A DNA stretch of 64,000 nucleotides from Coriobacteriia bacterium (GTDB lineage: Bacteria; Actinomycetota; Coriobacteriia; Anaerosomatales; PALSA-660), in NCBI GenBank assembly GCA_030651905.1, contig JAUSBS010000082.1, positions 4,322 through 68,321 on the forward strand, in the 5' to 3' direction. The stretch's first letter is position 1, and each line of letters begins with the position of its first letter. A model generated the notes under the pieces. The model saw only the letters and a program-made list of their open reading frames with translations. It was not told the DNA's origin and made no database searches. Made by a program: the position numbers and the translations under genes. Shown piece by piece: positions 47,813-56,156 of this stretch.

Positions 47813-48503
47813 ACCTCGGCGCACCCCCTCTCCCGAACCGAGACCGTACTCATCCGCACCGGCAGCGTGGACGATCGGCCTTCTGGCGCGACGTGATCGA
47901 CTCGTCGCGATCCGACACATAACGCTTACCACTTGTTCGTCGCCGAGAACCATAGTCCTGCCGCGAGGCGCGCGCGTCCACCGCGCATCGGTCGCATGGC
48001 GACACCGACCGCGTCGACGCACCGCCATACGGTGGAGCTCGTGCTCCGTTGGGTATTGTCTGTGCAGCGTCGAAGCCGCAGACTGGTGAGCGTGTTTACT
48101 GGCGGCTCCGGATTGCATAAGGAATGCGGGGGAACGTGCGCCATCAGGACTGTCGTCGCGAGGGGCATGACCGGCGCGACGGCGCGAAGCGGGCCACCAC
48201 CGTTCGTCACATCGTGACGGCCGGTCCTTGAACGACCTCGCGGGCAGGTCTGCCCGCACAGCGCGCCATCCCGGCGCGAATCCCTGTCGTCGAGTCTCGG
48301 CACATGCCGTCCCTCCGCCACCAACCGGCGCGAGCGGGCGGCGTTCTCATGCCGTGGCACTAGAGGTCTACACGTTTCGTAGGGAGGTGCGAAAGGAGGA
48401 GGCCGGACTATGTTGGGGAGGCCCCCCGCCTCGGAACAGGCGGCAGGGGTCGGGATGCATGTGACATGTGTCTTTCCTGTAAGCACGCAAGGAGGTGTAT
48501 GGG

Positions 48504-49643
48504 ATGGCGCAAGAAATGCGAGAAGGGATCTACGATCTCCTCGCAGCGCGGGGCGTTTCGCGCCGTGATTTCCTGAAGTACTGCGGTTCTGTCGCAGCGA
48601 TGCTCGGACTCTCCGAGATGGCTGCACCGCAGATCGCTGCGGCCGTCGAGGGTGGAGCCAAGCTCCAGCCGGCCGTGTGGCTCGATCTGGGCCTGTGCAC
48701 GGGATGCACGGAGTCGACCGCGCAGGCCGGCAACCCCAACGTTGCCGACATCGTGCTCGACCTGCTCTCCATCAACTACATGGAGACGATCATGGCCGCC
48801 GCCGGCGACCAGGCCGAAGAGGCCAAGGCCAAGACGATAGAAGAGGGCGGCTACATCCTCATCGTCGAGGGCACCGTCATGACGGGCGAAGGCGGCAACA
48901 CACTGCGCATCGCCGGCAAGACGGGCATGGAAGTCCTGAAGGAGGCCGCCTCCAAGGCGGCAGCCATCGTGGCTGTCGGTTCCTGCGCTGTTGACGGCGG
49001 CTGGGTGCGGGCCAACCCGAACCCCGCCGGCGGCAAGGGCGTCAAGGACGTCGCTGTGGAGCTCGGTTTCGACAAGGTGCCGATCATCAACCTGCCGACC
49101 TGCCCGGTGAACCCGGAGTGGATCGTCGCAGTGGTGATCGACGTCCTGATGCTCGGCGCGCTCGAGAACCTCGCGGTGCTCAACCTGGACGAGCTTGGCC
49201 GACCGAAGCTGATCTTCGGCCAGACGATCCACGATAACTGCCCGCGTCGCGGTCACTTCGAGAACGGCGAGTTCGTCAAGCAGTTCGGCACGGTCGAGGA
49301 AGTCAAGCAGTTCTGCCTCTACGAGGTCGGCTGCAAAGGCCCCCAGACGTTCACGAACTGCCCGAAGGTCCGCTGGAACCGCAAGGCCTCCTGGTGTGTC
49401 GAGTCCGGAGCGCCCTGCATCGGTTGCGGCAATCTCAACTGGGTCGACAACGACGCTCCGTTCCTCAAGAGGATGCCGAACGTCGGCGGCGTGCGTCCCG
49501 AGACGATCGGGACGGTGCTCGGCGGTGCCGCAGCGGCCGGTCTCCTCGTCCACGGCGTCGCATCGTTCTCCTCCGGCCGCGCCAAGGGCGCTCCGGTCGA
49601 GACGTCGAAGGCCTACGACAAGAAGAAGGGAGGCGATAAGTAG
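48504..49643 (+). CDS. group 1 [NiFe(Se)] hydrogenase small subunit, Tat-exported, C-terminal TM anchor
   Basis: The start is set at the ATG 9 nt after AAGGAGG. The Tat motif SRRDFLKYCG and the proximal cluster motif CTGCTES are present. The medial-cluster region reads NCPKVRWNRKASWCVESGAPCIGC. The C-terminal helix is TVLGGAAAAGLLVHGVASF. Confidence 0.92.
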   Translation: MAQEMREGIYDLLAARGVSRRDFLKYCGSVAAMLGLSEMAAPQIAAAVEGGAKLQPAVWLDLGLCTGCTESTAQAGNPNVADIVLDLLSINYMETIMAAAGDQAEEAKAKTIEEGGYILIVEGTVMTGEGGNTLRIAGKTGMEVLKEAASKAAAIVAVGSCAVDGGWVRANPNPAGGKGVKDVAVELGFDKVPIINLPTCPVNPEWIVAVVIDVLMLGALENLAVLNLDELGRPKLIFGQTIHDNCPRRGHFENGEFVKQFGTVEEVKQFCLYEVGCKGPQTFTNCPKVRWNRKASWCVESGAPCIGCGNLNWVDNDAPFLKRMPNVGGVRPETIGTVLGGAAAAGLLVHGVASFSSGRAKGAPVETSKAYDKKKGGDK

Positions 49644-51280
49644 TGGCCAGGGCAGTCATCGATCCCGTAACCAGAATCGAAGGACATCTCCGCGTCGAGG
49701 TTGAGGTTGAAGGCGGCGTCGTCAAGGACGCCTGGGTCAGCGGTACGCTGTACCGCGGCATGGAGACCGTCCTCGAGGGCCGTGCCCCCGCCGACGCCTT
49801 CTATGTCTCGCAGCGCATCTGCGGCGTGTGCCCGATCTCACACGGTCACGCCTCCACGATGGCAAGCGAAGCCGCGCTCGGGATCCAGATCCCGGACGGC
49901 GCGCGCCTCGTTCGCAACATCATCGAGGGTGCTGAGACCCTGCACAGCCACATCCTGTGGTTCTACACCCTGACGGCACTCGACTACGTCGACGTCGTCT
50001 CCGCGCTGTCCGCGAACATCGCTGACACGTACGCGTTGGCCGAGAAGGCCGGCACGTCGACCGCGGACTTCGGCCAGGTCCAGAAGCGCATCAAGACGTT
50101 CGTCGAGGGCGGTCAGCTCTCCATCTTCACGAACGGCTACTGGGGCCACCCGGCCATGAAGCTCCCGGCCGAGCTCAACCTGATCGCTGTCGCCCACTAC
50201 CTTGAGGCACTCGAGATGCAGGCCGAGGCCGCGCAGATCATCGCTCTCATGGGCGGCAAGTTCCCCCACTTCATGACCTCTCTCCCCGGCGGCACCGCAT
50301 GGATGCCCACAGAGGAGAAGCTCGGCGGGATCCTCTTCCGCTGGAAGCGCGTCCGCGACTGGGTCGCGAACACCTTCATCCCCGACACGCTGGCGATCGC
50401 CCCCTTCTACATCGAGGCGGCCACCTACGGTAAGGGTTGCGGGAACTTCCTGTCCTGGGGCTGCTTCGACGACGCCAGCTTCGATCCCAAGAAGCGCGCG
50501 CTGCCTCGCGGCATGATCGTAGGCGGCAAGCTCGAGGTCCTCGAGCCGGATGTCGCTCAGGTCAAGGAGTACGTGGAGCACGCATGGTACGACTCCCCCA
50601 GCGCGCTGAACCCGGCGCAGGGAAAGACCCACGCGAAGTTCACGTCATACGACACGAACGACAGGTACTCGTGGGTCAAGGCGCCTCGTCTCAACGAGCT
50701 GCCCATGGAGGTCGGACCTCTGTCCCGCATGCTCGTCGCCTATCTGGACGGCGTGCCGCAGGTCAAGAGCCTCATCGACACCACGCTGGCGGCGCTCGGC
50801 GTCGCAGGCAAGCCCGAGATCCTCGTGTCCCTGCTCGGTCGCATCGCGGCCCGCAACCTCGAGACGCTGTACGTGGCCGACGAGATGGGCAAGTGGATCG
50901 GCGAACTGGTCGCGGCCGTCAAGGGCGGCGAGGCGAAGTTCTTCACTGAGTCCACCGCCACCGATGGTGAGGGTGCTGGACTCTGGGAGGCCCCGCGCGG
51001 TGCGCTCGGCCACTTCATCTCCGTGAAGGGCGGCAAGATCGCGAACTACCAGGCGGTCACTCCGTCCACATGGGACCTGTCGCCGCGTGACGCCGCAGGC
51101 GTTCGCGGTCCGATGGAAGAGGCACTCATCGGCGCTCCGATCGCGGACGTCGAGAAGCCTCTCGAGGCCCTGCGTATCGTCCACTCCTTCGATCCTTGAG
51201 TGGGTTGCGGGGTTCAGGTCATTGAACCCAAGACCGGCAAGTCGTCGTTCGTGATGTCGAAGCCCACGATGGGCAGGTGA
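49643..51280 (+). CDS. group 1 [NiFeSe] hydrogenase large subunit; UGA at 51197-51199 read as selenocysteine
   Basis: The N-terminal RICGVCPISH motif is present. The track ORF stops at ...RIVHSFDP-TGA. The same frame continues VGCGVQVIEPKTGKSSFVMSKPTMGR-TGA (51278-51280), which gives DP-U-VG-C. A SECIS-like hairpin follows, and the second stop overlaps the GTG of the cytochrome b gene. Confidence 0.75.
51210..51229 (+). other. putative bacterial SECIS hairpin
   Basis: GGGTTCA-GGTCAT-TGAACCC forms a 7 bp stem with a 6-nt loop containing GGUC. It starts 10 nt after the UGA. Confidence 0.55.
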
Positions 51281-51945
51281 GTGCAATGTCGCACGAGGGA
51301 CACTATCGTGAGGCGCACCCGCTGATCTTCGTGTTCCAGCACTGGGTCAATCTCATCTGCATGGCGGGGCTCGCGTTCTCGGGCTTCGTCATCCACGGCT
51401 CGTTCTACGCCATCTCCATGGGCGGAGCTCGGATGATCCACTTCACGCTGATGTTCGTGCTCGCTGTGAACATCACGAGCCGCATCATCCTGTCCTTCTG
51501 GGTCAAGGATGCCAACCAGCTCGGCACGCGCGAGGTAGACACCGACATCAAGAACTGGCTGCCGCAGAAGGAGAACAAGCACCAGCTGCTCGAGACCGCG
51601 AAGTACTACCTGTTCATGCGGAAAGAGCGAGTCATCTCGGCCAAGTACGGTGCCCTGCAGAAGATCGCGTACCTTGCCACCGTGCCCATCACGTTCTTCA
51701 TGGGCTACACCGGCTTCGCGCTCTACGGCCCTGCTCAGCAGTGGCCGGTGTGGGGCTTCTTCGCCGGAGGCATCAGCCTCGTCGGCGGCATCATGACCAT
51801 GAGGATCATCCACTACTTCGGTATGTGGGTCGTCATCCTGTTCACCATGGTGCATGCGTACCTGGCTGCGATCGACGGCTTCAAGGCGTTCTACGGCCTC
51901 ATCTTCCTGTGGCGTGAGTCGCCCGGGGCCGAGGAAGGTCACTAG
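51277..51945 (+). CDS. Ni/Fe-hydrogenase b-type cytochrome subunit
   Basis: This four-TM cytochrome b has His residues in helices (FQHWVNL, RMIHFTLMFV, MRIIHYFGMW, TMVHAYL). ATG 51286 is an alternative start. Confidence 0.85.
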   Translation: MSAMSHEGHYREAHPLIFVFQHWVNLICMAGLAFSGFVIHGSFYAISMGGARMIHFTLMFVLAVNITSRIILSFWVKDANQLGTREVDTDIKNWLPQKENKHQLLETAKYYLFMRKERVISAKYGALQKIAYLATVPITFFMGYTGFALYGPAQQWPVWGFFAGGISLVGGIMTMRIIHYFGMWVVILFTMVHAYLAAIDGFKAFYGLIFLWRESPGAEEGH

Positions 51946-51994
51946 TCGCTCTTCATCGAGCCGGCCGTCGAACGTACGGCGGACGCGCAATGCG

Positions 51995-52024
51995 GAGGCC
52001 CGGGGCACAAGCGCCCCGGGCCTC
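51995..52024 (+). terminator. GC-rich hairpin after the cytochrome b gene
   Basis: The hairpin reads GAGGCCCGGGGC-acaa-GCGCCCCGGGCCTC. Confidence 0.55.
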
Positions 52025-52152
52025 TCGCTTCGCGAGCGACGACCCGCGGGGCAGGACTGACGGCGTTCCCGTCGAATACACGGGGTGACACGCACGGCCC
52101 CGCAGGGCCTGAAGCGAGCACCACCTCGGCCGCCGTCTGGAGATGCCCACGT

Positions 52153-53475
52153 ATGATCGCTGAACGCGCGCTGACCGCCGTCATGCGTCGTCTGAGTCGT
52201 CGCTATATCGCCCACGAGCCGACCGATATGGACATGCTCCCTGGACCGGCACACTCGAAGCGCTACCTCCTGTACGCCCATGTCCCCTTCTGCGAGCGGC
52301 TCTGCACGTACTGCTCGTTCAACCGCTTCCTCTATCGCGAGGACCTCGCCCGCAGCTACTTCCTGAGCCTGCGCGAAGAGATGCGGATGGTCGCGTCGCT
52401 CGGCTACGACTTCGGGGCACTCTACGTGGGTGGCGGCACGCCCACGATCCTTCTCGACGAACTGACCCAGACCATCGACCTCGCCAACGAACTGTTCGAC
52501 ATCGGCGAGGTGTCGGCCGAGACGAGCCCCAACCACCTGACACCGGAGGTCGTCGAGCGGCTGGGCGGCCGCGTCCAGCGCATGTCCGTCGGCGTCCAGA
52601 GCTTCGACGACCGGCTGCTTCGCGTCATGGACCGCTACGAGAAGTACGGCAACGGCCAGTCGCTCTTCGAGGCGATCGCCGGCGCGCAGGGGATGTTCCC
52701 GTCGCTCAACGTCGACATGATCTTCAACTTCCCGAGCCAGACCGAGCGCATGCTGCTCGCCGACATCGACCTGCTCAAGCAGACCGGCTGCAACCAGACG
52801 ACGTTCTACCCCCTCATGGCGGGCCCGAACGCGGCCCGCGCGCTTGCCGACACGGTCGGCCGCATCGATTTCACACGCGAGGGAGAGTACTACGGCATCA
52901 TCGACGAGGCGCTCTCCGATGCCTTCGAACCCGCCTCCGCGTGGACCTTCTCCAAGGAGAAGGGCGGCATGATCGACGAGTACATCGTGGACTACGACGA
53001 GTACATCGGGATCGGATCAGGAGCACTGTCCTTCGTCGGCGGTCGCGTCTACGGGAACACGTTCTCGCTCCAGGAGTACAGTGAAGCCATCCTCTCCGGT
53101 CGGATGGGCCTCGCGACGGCAGGACAGCCCTACGAACGCCGCGCGCTCATGCGCTACCGCTTCGTCACCGACCTCTTCGGCCTGCGAATGGACAAGCGGA
53201 AGTTCGAGCGGGACTTCGGCGAACCGGTCGAGCGGGCGCTGCGCATCGAGACCGCGTTCATGCGCGCAGCCGGCGGCTTCGACCGCGACGACGACACCGA
53301 GTTCACGCTGACTCAGACCGGTCGCTACCTGCTCGTGGTCATGATGCGCGAGATGCTGTCGGGGTCGAACGAGCTTCGCGACGAGGCTCGCGCCGCGCTG
53401 TCACCCGAGGAGCGCATGCTGCTCCTTGACGGTATCGACGCGTCCGAACCCGCCGCCGCTCCGGTGGTCGCGTAG
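52153..53475 (+). CDS. HemN/HemW-like radical SAM protein (coproporphyrinogen III oxidase family)
   Basis: The radical SAM site is HVPFCERLCTYCSF. GGGTPT and a C-terminal HemN_C-like region are also present. Confidence 0.82.
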   Translation: MIAERALTAVMRRLSRRYIAHEPTDMDMLPGPAHSKRYLLYAHVPFCERLCTYCSFNRFLYREDLARSYFLSLREEMRMVASLGYDFGALYVGGGTPTILLDELTQTIDLANELFDIGEVSAETSPNHLTPEVVERLGGRVQRMSVGVQSFDDRLLRVMDRYEKYGNGQSLFEAIAGAQGMFPSLNVDMIFNFPSQTERMLLADIDLLKQTGCNQTTFYPLMAGPNAARALADTVGRIDFTREGEYYGIIDEALSDAFEPASAWTFSKEKGGMIDEYIVDYDEYIGIGSGALSFVGGRVYGNTFSLQEYSEAILSGRMGLATAGQPYERRALMRYRFVTDLFGLRMDKRKFERDFGEPVERALRIETAFMRAAGGFDRDDDTEFTLTQTGRYLLVVMMREMLSGSNELRDEARAALSPEERMLLLDGIDASEPAAAPVVA

Positions 53476-53563
53476 GCGCGAGCACGTTCGTGCGCGCCCG
53501 GGTGCGCTACAATCCGACGCTGACCCGTCTCGTCCCACTCACGACACCCGGAGGCTTCCACTG

Positions 53564-54118
53564 ATGGCGACCGAACGCATCACCGTGATGGGGATCGGCA
53601 ACCCGCTCATGCGCGACGAGGGGATCGGCGTCCGGGTCGTCGAGGTGCTCATGACTACACTCGAGTTCCCCGCCAACGTCACGCTCGTCGATGCGGGAAC
53701 GATGGGCATGACCATCCTCAATCTGTTCCAAGACTGCGACTACATGCTCGTCGTGGACGCGATCGACGGCACCGGAGAAGCGCCCGGCACCGTCGTTCGG
53801 CTCTCGCCGGAGGACCTCTCACCGAATCAGGTCATGCACTCCCTGCACGACGTGCGACTCGTCGACGTGCTACAGACCGCCATGCTGATGGGGCTCGAGC
53901 CCCTCGTGGACTGCATCGGGGTCCAGATCGAGGACATGAACGAGCTGTCCATCGGCCTGACTCCCGCACTCGAGGCCGCCGTGCCGGACGCCGTGGCCGC
54001 GGTGCTCACGGTGCTGGCCGAACGCGGTATCACTCCGACGCCGCGTGACGAGGCGGACGCGGGGCCCGACGCTCAGGTCCTTCGCGCGATCCGCACCAAG
54101 AGCGAAGGTCCGCGCTAG
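53564..54118 (+). CDS. hydrogenase maturation endopeptidase (HyaD/HybD family)
   Basis: The start is at MATERITVMGIGNPLMRDEGIG after GGAGG. LVVDAID and the HSLH region are present. Confidence 0.88.
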   Translation: MATERITVMGIGNPLMRDEGIGVRVVEVLMTTLEFPANVTLVDAGTMGMTILNLFQDCDYMLVVDAIDGTGEAPGTVVRLSPEDLSPNQVMHSLHDVRLVDVLQTAMLMGLEPLVDCIGVQIEDMNELSIGLTPALEAAVPDAVAAVLTVLAERGITPTPRDEADAGPDAQVLRAIRTKSEGPR

Positions 54119-56031
54119 ACCGTCAGCGCCTCGCGCAACTGTCGGGCGATCGATCCAGCGTCCAGACCTGCCACGCGCAGTAGGTCAGCTGATGCCCCCG
54201 AGGACGCGTACCCCTCGACACCGTAGCGGACGAAGCGGGTCGCTCGCCCGTTGAGGGCCAACCACTCGGCGACAGAGGCGCCCAGCCCGGTGCGCACGCC
54301 GTGATCCTCCGCGGTGACGAGCAGCGGCGCGGACGCGGCCTGCGCCATCGCCGTGTCATCAAGGTGCAGAGGACACGCCACGATCCCCACCGCCACGCCC
54401 GCGCCCTCGGCCGCTAACGCATCTGCGGCCTCGACGACCGCCCCTGCGACGGTTCCCATGGCGAGCACGGTCGCATCGACGCCCGCTCGCACCCATTCGA
54501 TGGCGCCGTAACGGAACTCGTACCCCTCACCGAAGAGCGGTGTCCCGTCGAGACGCGTTACCGGGGCCAGCTTCGAGCGACCCATTGCCACCGCGACGTT
54601 GCCGGGAAGCGTCGCCGCCGCACGGATCACGCGATCCGTCTGGTTCGCATCGGCCGGGACGATGACCTTCCATCCGAAGAAGTCGCGGAACGCGCCCACG
54701 TAGTCCAGACACTGGTGAGTCCTGCCATCCTCCCCCACGTCGAGCCCGCAGTGCGTCAGCACGAGCTTCACGTTCGCCTTGTTGATGTCGTTGAGCCTCT
54801 GCTGGTTGTAGGTCTCGTCGCAACCGAACACGCCGAAGTCCGCCCAGAAGGTCAGCACGCCGTTGGCGGAGAGCGCGCCCGCCACCGCGGCGGCGTTGTG
54901 CTCGGCGACGCCGCACTCGATGAACGATCCGGGATGGGCGAGCGCGAAACCCTTCGTCTTGACCGACTCCGCGAGATCGCAGTCGAGGACCGCGAGCGGA
55001 ACGGCGGCCACCTCGGCTATGTCGACGAGCGCCGTCCCCCACGCCGAACGGCAATCGACCCGGACGTCGGAGGCGTAGGTGCGCGGCGACCCCGTGGACC
55101 GGGGTGTCGCGGCATGCTCGGACCCCGCGATCGCAGTCGCTACCGGCAGCGAGCGGAGTGCCGCGGTACGCTGTAACCATCCGGGGTCGAGTCCGAGTTC
55201 GCCCATCGCGCGCTCGTACTCGCCGACCGTCAGCCCGCGGCCGTGGAACTCGGGCTCGTCCTCCATGAAGGACACGCCCTTGCCGATCGTCGTGTGCGCG
55301 AGAACCGCGCACGGGTGCTGCGTGTCAGCCACCGCCTCCGCGATGGCAGCATACAGTGCCGGCAGATCGTGCCCATCCGATTCGATGACGCGCCATCCGT
55401 CCGCCGCAAAGTCCTCGGCGACGCGTACGGGCATGACGTCGTCGGTGTGCCCGGAGATCTGCACCCGGTTGAGATCCACCACGACGGTGAGATCGCACAG
55501 CCGATACTTCGCCGCGAGGCGACGGGCCTCGCCTACTTGCCCCTTGTTCTGCTCACCGTCAGACATGGCCACGAACGTGTGCCATCCGGCGTCGGTCATG
55601 CGGGCCGCCAGCGCCATGCCGACACCCGCCGAGAGCCCCTGTCCGAGGTTGCCCGTCGACCACTCGACGCCGGGCACCGAACGCTCCACATGTCCCTCGA
55701 AGAGGCTTCCTGCCTGCCGGAAGTGAGCGACCGCGTCGTCAAGGTCGAAGAAGCCGGCGTCCGCCAGCGCGGCATAGACGCCCGGCGACGTGTGGCCGTG
55801 ACTCACGACGACCCGGTCGCGTCCGCGCCACACCGGATCCGTCGGACGAAGGCGCGCGAACGAATAGAGCAGCAGGTAGGTCTCGAGCGACGACATCGAG
55901 CCCCCAGGGTGGCCTGATTCGGCCAGCGCGGTCATGGTGAGCACCGCTCCGCGAAGCCGTCGCGCGCGATCGGCGAGGTCGGCGGCGGTCTGTGGGTCCA
56001 GGACCGGATCGAGGAACCCTCGCTCGAGCAT
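54115..56031 (-). CDS. tkt: transketolase (single-chain)
   Basis: The start is at MLERGF after GAAGGAG. It has a TPP-binding GHPGGS motif, GNLGQGLSAGVGMA, and Pyr and C-terminal domains. Confidence 0.88.
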   Translation of the reverse strand: MLERGFLDPVLDPQTAADLADRARRLRGAVLTMTALAESGHPGGSMSSLETYLLLYSFARLRPTDPVWRGRDRVVVSHGHTSPGVYAALADAGFFDLDDAVAHFRQAGSLFEGHVERSVPGVEWSTGNLGQGLSAGVGMALAARMTDAGWHTFVAMSDGEQNKGQVGEARRLAAKYRLCDLTVVVDLNRVQISGHTDDVMPVRVAEDFAADGWRVIESDGHDLPALYAAIAEAVADTQHPCAVLAHTTIGKGVSFMEDEPEFHGRGLTVGEYERAMGELGLDPGWLQRTAALRSLPVATAIAGSEHAATPRSTGSPRTYASDVRVDCRSAWGTALVDIAEVAAVPLAVLDCDLAESVKTKGFALAHPGSFIECGVAEHNAAAVAGALSANGVLTFWADFGVFGCDETYNQQRLNDINKANVKLVLTHCGLDVGEDGRTHQCLDYVGAFRDFFGWKVIVPADANQTDRVIRAAATLPGNVAVAMGRSKLAPVTRLDGTPLFGEGYEFRYGAIEWVRAGVDATVLAMGTVAGAVVEAADALAAEGAGVAVGIVACPLHLDDTAMAQAASAPLLVTAEDHGVRTGLGASVAEWLALNGRATRFVRYGVEGYASSGASADLLRVAGLDAGSIARQLREALTV

Positions 56032-56156
56032 GCTCGCTCCTTCGCGCAAGAAGCGCGCATCATCGTGGGGACGGGTAGACTTGGATCCACATCCAGTATG
56101 CCCGCACGCGTCGACGTCCACTCGCCGCACTGCGCTACAGCCGAAGGAGCCCTCTG

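Noticed and set aside
48092-48140. A resemblance to the SRP RNA domain IV (GTGTTTACTGGCGGCTCCGGA...AAGGAATGC versus CUGUUUACCAGGUCAGGUCCGGAAGGAAGCAGC).
   Set aside because: The match is only a loose string similarity. The GGAA tetraloop, the AGCA symmetric loop and the closing helix cannot be built, and there is no complementary 3' strand.
48385-48405. A resemblance to the RNase P RNA P4 region (GCGAAAGGAGGAGGCCGGAC versus GAGGAAAGUCCGGGC).
   Set aside because: The match is only partial. None of the other universally conserved RNase P blocks are present in the surrounding 700 nt.
48410-48568. A 52-codon upstream ORF (MLGRPPASEQAAGVGMHVTCVFPVSTQGGVWDG...) with a very strong AAAGGAGGAGG Shine-Dalgarno that overlaps the hydrogenase small-subunit start.
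   Set aside because: It was not called as a gene because it has no recognisable protein features, an Arg/Gly/Pro-biased composition, and an out-of-frame overlap. It is kept only as a possible regulatory uORF within the leader finding.
47926-48627. A 233-aa minus-strand ORF spanning the long intergenic region and the hydrogenase start.
   Set aside because: It is compositionally nonsense, overlaps the well-supported Tat signal of the small subunit on the other strand, and has no RBS.
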